DNA of 62,730 nucleotides, filler included, from Babesia bigemina (lineage: Eukaryota), in NCBI RefSeq assembly GCF_000981445.1. It is 10 parts of 10 records of this genome, joined end to end, with 100 filler letters (N's around TTAATTAATTAA, not from the genome) between each part and the next. Parts side by side here need not be neighbours in the genome. Positions count along the whole stretch, not along the records: positions 39,453 to 45,749 come from NW_012237130.1; positions 45,850 to 57,788 come from NW_012237132.1; 8 more parts are not named here. One strand, given 5' to 3'. Shown piece after piece: positions 43,575 to 52,600 of the stretch. How positions within the stretch are numbered: position 1 is the first letter of the stretch; every line of letters starts with the position of its first letter. The notes beneath the pieces are model-generated. The model saw nothing but the letters and a program-made list of their open reading frames with translations, had not been told where the DNA came from and made no database searches. The translations under genes and the position numbers were made by a program.

Positions 43575-43960
43575 GTGGACTGGGAGCGGCAGTGGTACGT
43601 GTTGCAGTTGGTGAGTGCGTTGCTAGGTGATTGATATGTTAGCAGGTTGAGGGGACTGGGAGCGGCAGTGGTACGTGCTGTAGTAGGTGAGTGCGTTGCT
43701 GGGTGATTGATATGTCTGCAGGTTGAGGGGAGTGGGAGCGGCAGTGGTACGTGTTGCAGTTGGTGAGTGCGTTGCTAGGTGGTTGATATGTTCGCAGGTT
43801 AAGGGGAGTGGGAGCGGCAGTGGTAGTGTTGCAGTTGGTGAGTGCTGCTTAGGTGATTGATATGTTTGCAGGCTGAGGGGACTGGGAGCGGCAGTGGCAG
43901 TGTTGCAGTTGGTGAGTGCTTGCTAGGTGATTGATATGTTTGCAGGTTGAGGGGACTGGG
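43575..43960 (+). repeat. ~75-bp repeat, 5 units; putative introns 43611-43645, 43687-43721, 43763-43797, 43838-43871, 43912-43945
   Basis: GTGAGT...GCAG segments of 34-35 nt on the sense strand. Confidence 0.88.
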
Positions 43961-43968
43961 AAGGGAAG

Positions 43969-44535
43969 ATGACGGGAGTGAGGTTTACAATGAATGGTCA
44001 ACTGTGTACCAGGTGTAATTATAAATGTCGAAGGGGTCAAGTGTGTAACTGTTGTCCTTGGTGTTGTGTTGAGTGTACTAAACGTTTTGACAGTTGCGAT
44101 GATTGTTACTATCATCACCTTAAGCGCACTACAGGCTCGATGCCTTACAATTGCGAAAAATCGATATGTGACGTCCAATGTAAGAACAAAGAGAAGACAT
44201 GTCAATGTAACTGTTGTAAGCAGAAATGTTCACAGCAACTCGGCCAGTGCAGTCCCGCCGCTGCACAGCTTTCCTCTTCTTCCTCCGGTGTCGAGTCTCA
44301 GTCCGAGACCAGTGCACTACGTGGTACCACCAGTCGAGAAGATTCCACCGACGACCTTCATGAACAAGTCTTCACACCTTTCCGCCCTGACCCCCATGCC
44401 ATCGCCGCCGTCATCGTTGCCATCATCGTCGCCATCATCCTGCTCGACCTGTGCATCTTCCGCTTTCCGGTGGGCCGCAACATCCGCGATTTCCTCGTCC
44501 GCAAGATACCCTTCTGCATCGCGTTTTACAGCTGA
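43969..44535 (+). CDS. Small Cys-rich single-TM protein, type-A tail (188 aa)
   Basis: CNCCPWCCVEC motif, TM, type-A tail. Confidence 0.85.
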   Translation: MTGVRFTMNGQLCTRCNYKCRRGQVCNCCPWCCVECTKRFDSCDDCYYHHLKRTTGSMPYNCEKSICDVQCKNKEKTCQCNCCKQKCSQQLGQCSPAAAQLSSSSSGVESQSETSALRGTTSREDSTDDLHEQVFTPFRPDPHAIAAVIVAIIVAIILLDLCIFRFPVGRNIRDFLVRKIPFCIAFYS

Positions 44536-44644
44536 ACTAAGCAATTGTTAGCGCAATTTTCGTAATCCTCATCCCACAGATCACCTAACTGTCAACTGAC
44601 ATCCAATGTTCTAGACAGTAACGATTGCGTTGATGATCAATCAA

Positions 44645-44779
44645 ATGAGCAGTGAGGTGACCATGTTACCCGCCACTTACATCATCGCCGCCGTCGCTTT
44701 CATCATCGTCGTCATCTGCGTCATGATCTACTTCCGCATTCGGCCGTTCCACAGGGTGCGGTATCTACTGCGCAGCTGA
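44645..44779 (+). pseudogene. Orphan type-B TM/tail cassette; in-frame 44-aa micro-ORF MSSEVTMLPATYIIAAVAFIIVVICVMIYFRIRPFHRVRYLLRS
   Basis: Translated by hand; below the ORF-track length cutoff. Confidence 0.75.
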
Positions 44780-44859
44780 TCACAATCACCTAACTGGAAA
44801 CTGGCAACTAATGTGCTAGACAGTAGTGATTGCGTTGATGACAAATCACATGAGCAGTG

Positions 44860-45378
44860 AGGTGATCAAGCACCTGACCAATGCCATGACCAAAGTGGTG
44901 ACCAAGCACCTGACCAATGTGCTGACCAATGTGGTGACCAAGGTGGTGACCAATGTGCTGACCAAAGTGCTGACCAATGTGCTGACCAGAGTGGTGACTA
45001 ACGTGCTGACCAATGTGCTGACCAACGTGGTGACCAATGTGGTGACCAATGTGGTGACCAAGGTGCTGACCAACGTGGTGACCAATGTGGTGACCAATGT
45101 GGTGACCAAGGTGGTGACCAATGCCATGACCAAAGTGATGACCAAGGTGCTGACCAATGTGCTGACCAAGGTGGTGACCAAGGTGGTGACCAATGTGCTG
45201 ACCAAAGTGCTGGTTACGGCAGCGATGACATGGTTACGGCAGCGATGACATGGACACGGCAGCGATGACATGGACACGGCAGCGGTGACATGGTTACGGC
45301 AGCGATGACATGGTCACGGCAGCGATGTCATGGTCACGGCAGCGATGTCATGGTCACGGCAGCGATGACATGGTTACA
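44860..45378. repeat. 12-bp repeat (44860-45212) then 20-bp repeat (45210-45378)
   Basis: Tandem units. Confidence 0.9.
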
Positions 45379-45390
45379 AGTGGTGATTAT

Positions 45391-45749
45391 TATCCACTCT
45401 ACATCGCCCCTTTATCCACTCCACATCGCCCCTTTATCCACTCCACATCGCTCCCTAACCCACTCTACATCGCCCCTTTATCCACTCTACATCGCTCCTT
45501 ACCCACTCTACATCGCCCCTTAACCCACTCTACATCGCTCCCTAACCCACTTTTCATCGCCCCTTAACCCACTCTACATCGCCGCTTATCCACTCTACAT
45601 CGCCCCTTTGTACACTCCTCATCGCCCCTTAACCCACCTTACATCGCTCCTTTATCCACTCTACATCGCTCCTTTATCCACTCTACATCGCTCCCTAATC
45701 CACTCTACATCGCCCCTTATCCACTCTACATCGCCCCTTATCCACTCTA
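45391..45749. repeat. 22-bp satellite, C-rich strand, to contig end
   Basis: Tandem units. Confidence 0.93.
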
Positions 45750-45849
45750 NNNNNNNNNNNNNNNNNNNNNNNNNNNNNNNNNNNNNNNNNNNNTTAATTA
45801 ATTAANNNNNNNNNNNNNNNNNNNNNNNNNNNNNNNNNNNNNNNNNNNN

Positions 45850-46661
45850 TTATAACAGCTGACTCAATCGCTTCCGTCACCAGCGTTTAACTGCGCATCT
45901 TTTTGTTGACCCATAATTTTAATCTTATCTCCAACTTTTCCTATTTCAACATCTAATGTCTTATGTAAATTCGTGATGCCAATGTTAACAGTTCCATTGA
46001 GTTTTTGTTTCTGACTCACAAGGGCGGTGTCCATGGCCCGAGCAAAGTGCTTCACCTCAACGTCTTCCGTCACCCTATGAAAACCCTCCACTGCCTGCAA
46101 GAGCAATTTAACGTTACATGTTAACATACCTTTTAGATGTTCATCGAGCTTTTTAACGGCTTCGTCGACATTATTCGCTCTAGCAGTAATGAATTTCCCC
46201 CTCGTGGAAGCGTCTGACAATTGTTGAGTAAGAGGCTTCAAGATTGGGTTATTAAATTCTGATTTGGCGGTTTTAATGCTCTCCGTAAGTTGCTTAAATG
46301 CGTTTTTAACGATTTCAACTTCTGCATCTAATCCTCTCTCATACTCCTGCAGCCCGCTCTTAACCTTCCCAATGGCATAGGCAAATCCCGAAACGCCAAG
46401 TCCCTTGCCTATCGAGGATTTTAAAGCTTCAATTATGCTTGGCATTTCGTCATTATAATGCGTTAACAAGTCTTTACTTCCCTCAAGGCAACTAACCAAA
46501 AATCCCATCACTGCATCACACAGCCTGTCCAGGTCAGAGTACACAATCCCAGTGCCGTCGTAGCCTTTAGATTCAGAGTTGAAGCCGAGGAAAGTTTCGA
46601 GGCCAGTGCAGAAGTTATTGAGGATGTTAGTAGGGTTATTATTTGAGGTATTTTTAAGGTT
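45850..46661 (-). CDS. ves1: ves1-family gene, 5' part (first in-frame ATG 46508), contig-truncated
   Basis: NFCTGLETFLGF...YSDLDRLCDAVMGFL; the stop at 45864 is probably a contig-edge artefact. Confidence 0.78.
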
Positions 46662-46816
46662 TTAAATTTTATCAAATTTCTTGCCAAGCTCACTAGGCGG
46701 CACATGGTCAGGGCAGTGGCAAGAGGTGGAAGAGAGGAAGTGAAGGGTGACAAGGCACAAGTTATTAGGATGGTTTATAGAGGTCATAGCAATATAAAGG
46801 CAAGGTAATTCGAGGA

Positions 46817-47200
46817 ATGTAGAGTGGGTTAGGGAGCGATGTAGAGTGGATAAAGGGGCGATGTGGAGTGGATAAAGGAGCGATGTAGAGTGGGTTAGGG
46901 AGCGATGTAGAGTGGGTTAAGGGGCGATGTAGAGTGGGTTAGGGAGCGATGTGGAGTGGATAAAGGAGCGATGTAGAGTGGATTAGGAGCGATGTAGAGT
47001 GGGTTAAGGGGCGATGTAGAGTGGATAAAGGGGCGATGGAGAGTGGATAAAGGGGCGATGTAGAGTGGATAAAGGGGCGATGGAGAGTGGATAAAGGGGC
47101 GATTAGAGGAGGTTAAGGGGCGATTAGAGGAGGTTAAGGGGCGATGAAGGGTGGGTTAAGGGGCGATGTAAAGTGGATAAAGGGGCGATGTAGAGTGGAT
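46817..47200. repeat. 22-bp satellite, G-rich strand
   Basis: Tandem units. Confidence 0.93.
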
Positions 47201-47235
47201 AATAATCACCACTTAGTTAAGGTGCTTGGTCACTA

Positions 47236-47740
47236 CTGTCATCGCTGCCGTAACCGTGACATCTCTGCCGTGTCCATGTCATCGCTGCCGTAACCATGTC
47301 ATCGCTGCCGTGACCAAGACATCGCTGCCGTGACCATGTCATCGCTGCCGTAACCATGTCATCGCTGCCGTAACCATGTCATCGCTGCCGTAACGATGTC
47401 ATCGCTGCCGTGACCATGTCATCGCTGCCGTAACCATGTCACCGCTGCTGTGACCATGTCATCGCTGCCGTGACCATGTCATCGCTGCGGCAACCATGTC
47501 ATCGCTGCCGTAACCATGTCATCGCTGCCGTAACGATGTCACCGCTGCTGTGACCATGTCATCGCTGCCGTGACCATGTCCTCGCTGCCGTGACCATCAA
47601 CTTGGTCAGCACCTTGGTCATCACTTTGGTCACCACTCTGGTCATGGCATTGGTCAGCACATTGGTCAGCACTTTGGTCAACACATTGGTCAGCACTTTG
47701 GTCAGTGTCTTGGTCAGTTACTAAGTCAGGTGGTAGGTCA
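47236..47740. repeat. 20-bp repeat (47236-47596) then 12-bp repeat (47600-47740)
   Basis: Tandem units. Confidence 0.9.
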
Positions 47741-47865
47741 CCTCACTGCTCATGTGATTGATCATCAACGCAATCATTACTCTGTCTAGAACATTAGATG
47801 TCAGTTGCCAGTTAGGTGATCAGTGGGATTTTGATTAAGAAATTTGCACCACCAAATTGTCAAGA

Positions 47866-48405
47866 TTAGCTGTAAAACGCGATGCAGAAGGGTATCTTGC
47901 GTACGAGGAAATCGCGGATGTTGCGGCCCACCGGGAAGCGGAAGATGCACAGGTCGAGCAGGATGATGGCAACGATGACGGCGGCGATGACGGAGTAGGG
48001 AGGGGGGGAAGGTGTGGAGGCAGAATGAGATTCGTTTTCATCAATGAGAGCTTCGGTACGGGATGCATGATCTTGACCGCCGGCGTGAGGCTGAGCATCG
48101 GAGGAATCAGAGAGAGGGCGTGGAGCGGGGGGACTGCAGGTTTCAGGCTGCTCTTGACATTTCTGTATGCAACAGTTACATGGACAAGTGGGTTCAGTGC
48201 ATTCTTTTTTTTTGGAACGACATCCCTTAGGATGACATTCCTTTGGACCCGAGTCCCTGTAGAAATACCAAATCAAACATACACGGCATGATTGAGTCTT
48301 ACATACTTTACAACACCAGCGACAGCAGTTACACGTTTGATAAGTTATACAACTATAATCACACTCCGAACACGGAGCACCTGACCTAATCGTTATTCCC
48401 GACAT
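47866..48405 (-). CDS. Small Cys-rich single-TM protein, type-A tail (179 aa)
   Basis: CNCCRWCCKVC motif, TM, type-A tail. Confidence 0.85.
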   Translation of the reverse strand: MSGITIRSGAPCSECDYSCITYQTCNCCRWCCKVCKTQSCRVCLIWYFYRDSGPKECHPKGCRSKKKECTEPTCPCNCCIQKCQEQPETCSPPAPRPLSDSSDAQPHAGGQDHASRTEALIDENESHSASTPSPPPYSVIAAVIVAIILLDLCIFRFPVGRNIRDFLVRKIPFCIAFYS

Positions 48406-48408
48406 CTT

Positions 48409-48685
48409 CCCTCAGCCTGCAGACATATCAATCACTCAAGCAGCACTCACCAACTGCAACACGTACCACTGCCGCTCCCAGTCCCCTCAACCTGCGAACA
48501 TATCAATCCCTAAGCAGCACTCACCAACTGCAACACGTACCACTGCCGCTCCCAGTCCCCTCAGCCTGCAAACATATCAATCACTCAAGCAGCACTCACC
48601 AACTGCAACACGTACCACTGCCGCTCCCAGTCCCCTCACCCTGCAGACATGTCAATCACCTAGCAACGCACTCACCAACTGCAAC
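48409..48685 (-). repeat. ~75-bp intron-containing repeat, about 4 units
   Basis: Tandem units. Confidence 0.88.
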
Positions 48686-48699
48686 ATGACTTACTTAAC

Positions 48700-49180
48700 C
48701 CTCACCCCTGTATCCACCCAGCCCAGGCCACCGACACCCACGCTGCCCAGGATACCACGGTTACGCCTGACGCGACGCATGTTATCGGCACCAACTGTCA
48801 CTCTAAATTACTCACTATTCGCAACGCCATTAAAATTGCAGCGAACCCCGTGCGCTCAACTCCCACAGTGCAGCAGCACCGTGCTACGAGCCGCGGTATC
48901 GGCGCCATACTGGCGGAGCGTGTCGGCTACGTGCCTAAATGTGATATTAACAATCGCTACATCGCTGCCTATAAACGCTACTTAACGAGGCCAACGCCGA
49001 TTACGCCACCGTGCCAGCGACTCGCAACACACGACTTAGGTCACCCGCCGCGGCCTTCACGACCGCCTACGTTAGAAACCAATCACCCAGCCTCACGTGA
49101 CACTGACTCAATAGGCAACGCAGACACCTCTCACAGTCAACGCACAGCTCAACGCAACAACCAACTTGCCATATTACGTT
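48700..49180 (-). promoter_or_regulatory. Conserved ~480-bp element
   Basis: Copy of 2350-2830. Confidence 0.5.
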
Positions 49181-49184
49181 TCAT

Positions 49185-49495
49185 CCGCCAGCTTACCACT
49201 TTGCCTGGTTGCTAGCTTAGCACTTTGCCTGTGTGCTAGCTTACCACTTTGCCTGTGTGCCAGCTTACCACTTTGCTTGTGTGCTAGCTTACCACTTTGC
49301 CTGGTTGCTTGCTTAGCACTTTACCCGGGTGCTTGCTTACCACTTTGCCTGGATGCCAGCTTACCACTTTGCCTGATTGCTAGCTTACCACTTTGCCTGG
49401 GTGCCAGCTTAGCACTTTGCCTGGTCGCTAGGTCAACACTTAGCCTGGTTGCTTGCTCAGCACTTTGCCTGTGTGCCAGCTTAGCACTTAGCTTG
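49185..49495. repeat. 24-bp repeat
   Basis: Tandem units. Confidence 0.9.
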
Positions 49496-49650
49496 GTCGT
49501 TTACTCATCACTTAATCTTAACGCTATTTAGTTCACAGGTTGCCGCTAGAGTAATTCAAAACATTAGACTACGTTTGTTTTTTAGGTGAGTAGGTGATTC
49601 TCTAAGTGAGTAGTTACGTGAGTTGATGTGAATTACAGACGTGAGTACGA

Positions 49651-52600
49651 TCACGGTTGCAGGTACGATATCTTGGCAAGCCTTCCGACTTGCGCTGCTG
49701 CCAACAATGATTGCGCTGTTATCTTGTGCGACGACGGTATCCTCAGGTGTGAGCGTATGTGGAGCACATCCAGTCTGCCAACCATTACGCAGAGGAGGTA
49801 GAAGAGAGATAGCGACCAAAGTGCCAGGACGAGATAGGTGAACGGTTCTCTGATGGTCCAAATGAAGTTGTCGATCCGCTGTCGTAAATCGATGAGTACT
49901 GAATTTTCGCCAACTATGATTTTCAGTGCGTCGCAGAAATCTTTGCATGTTCTTTTCTGATTTGCAAACGTCCCCGCGCCAGTAAGCTTGTGTGGACTAT
50001 ATAATGTAAATCCATATTTCGATAATGTAGGACGAGTAGCAGGGCACTGCACTATGGATTTGCAGCCTGGGTCATGGTTGTCGCTGCTTTGTGGCTTCTC
50101 ATTGCTTAATGGACAATTCTCGATACAAACTTTACCATGGCATTTGGATCCAGGCGACGTACAGTTGTCGCAACATTCCTTCCACAATTGGTGAAGAAGA
50201 TTATAGAAGGTTTCGGTAAGGTATACAACCCAAGAAAGATATTTGTCGGCATTTCTATAGGAAAATATACAGCTGATGTCCTCACTAAGTGGTTTCAAAT
50301 AGTAACCACACGGTCGCACTGATGCATCGGTTGCATAATTGCAATAGACAAGGCTAAATAGATCGCCAGTAAGATGATTATTATTTCCGGATCTGTCGTG
50401 ATGATGGCTACTGTTAAGAATGGTAGTGGGATTAAGGTCATAGGGATTCTCGAAATATGCCTTGTTGATTGCTTTATTAAATGCTTCTTTCTTGTGCTCT
50501 TGCCCTCTGTGATTCCAGTGATACAGGAAATTGAAGAAGAAACTGAACAAATCATCCAAAGTCTTCGGTGTGGTGGCAAGAAGACAATTAAGTTGAGCGC
50601 ACAGCTTGCTGAGGGCGGAAACTTGATAGCCGCAGAAATGTCGTAGAACGGCTTTGAGATGCTCACCTTTCATGGTATGCGATGCGACGGTGGTAATATC
50701 GGTAAAGCCCATCGGCGTTTTGCATGGTTTGCCGAAGTGGTTACTCATGTTACAGGTTATTCTACAACCAATATTGCCAATTGAATGAGGCAGGAACGCT
50801 GGCAGACCATCTTCGAGGAAGGACTGAAGCGGCGATTTCAAACCGCAACTAGGGTGTTGGTCACCGTTTTGGTCATGTATTTGGTTACGTGTTTGGTTGC
50901 ACTTTTGGTCAGCACATTGATGGGTATTGCAGTCCCATGCCGAACCACCAACGTATCTGCCATACCAGCAGTCACGCCATCCGCTGCTTTCAGTGCCGTT
51001 GTGGACCTGTGAACATAAGAAGTACAGTTGCTGGTGAAGCCTACATAATATTGCGAAGAGCTGATCGAAGCACTGCGATGGCTTGTTTGGATATAATAGC
51101 TTGTCCTCATTAGTGCTGAAGTCAACCGCGTACCGGCCAGCCGCGTGGCCGTGGCCCTGTATGGCGATCAACACAGTTTCAGTTTGTTTGCAGACGTCTT
51201 GAAGGTTGTAGTATACGTCTTGAGCATTAAAGTCCTGGGTGGCAGGTTGCTTCAGCAGAACAGGATGAACGTTGGAATACTGTTCATTTTTACCTTTTTC
51301 GACTTTGGGGAATAATTCTCGGATGTATTCGCATACGCCTTCATACATAGGATTATATCGAAGCCCACAACACCATTGAAGCATCTGATATATGTTGCGA
51401 GGCGCCTTTGCACCGTCAAGATGGCGTAGGTGAGTGACACAGAGATACGTTTCCAGGTGTCCGAAAAGCTTCGACACTACATTTTGGAATTTACTAATTG
51501 ACGTAAAGTATCTTTCGAAGGTAAGCTTTGAATCGGGAGCTTTGTCAAATTCACCTTTCTGATTGAAGCCTCTACTCAGACGTAAGGCAACGTTCCTAGC
51601 GTCGTGATCCTTATTTATAAGATTGTAAATCTCATAACCGGATTTCAACAGAAAATCTTTCAAATCGTTCTTGCCGTCTTTACCATCGATTGTGTATCCC
51701 TGCCACTTGGTAGTGCAGTGGTAGAACAGGTAATACAATTCATGGAAGAACATGCTTAACGTTGTGAGACACACCTTTGACAGTTTCTCACCGTAGGGAG
51801 TCAATTTGCGTTTGTCATCAGGAACAGCCTCCGTAGAGATTTCAGGTTCTACCAAGGTGGCGACGAAGGGTTGGCAGCAGTAAGTGCTGACATAGGATTT
51901 GTCAAGCTCCCTTGCCAAACCGCTGATGCCGTCCTTGAACGCCTGGAGGATGGGACTGGAACGTTCGCCGAATTTGGTGGGAGCGAAGGCGGACAGGGCG
52001 GCGGTGAGGGATTGGAGGTTATCGGTGAATTTGTGGTCGAAGTGATTAGAATCCATAATCCCAGTGAGCACGGTGTCCATAGTTGCAAATAGTTCCACGT
52101 ACGTAGAGGAGTCAGGGAACATTATGCTACGGTCAGCAAATTCAGCGGGCCACTCAGCAAATTCTTTCCTTTGTTCCTCCATCGCTCCCACGAGGCTCAT
52201 GATTCCCTTGTTTAATAGTTTGCTGGCTTCGCTGAGTGGAGATTTCTGCTTAGCCCTGCTTGATGATTGCGGTGGAGACGGATTGGTGTCTTTCATTTCG
52301 CCAACTTCGACGATCAATTTATCTTTCAATATGTTGAACATACCTTTAACACCATTTGCTTTATTATAGCCGATGACAAATACAATCTTCTCGTACTGCT
52401 TCTCAACCACGTTGTTAAGAATGCTCATGCCGTGGATGCGGGAATCGACGTACTGCTTCTCGGCTTGGGCGATTATGTTGTCTTGGGCCTTTTGTATTTC
52501 GCAGTCGAAAAACTCATTGAGTGCGTCTAAGCAATTTTCTTGACACTTATCCGCGTCTGTGCAAATGAAAGCGTTGGCGTGTCTAATTGCTGTCGCTAAC

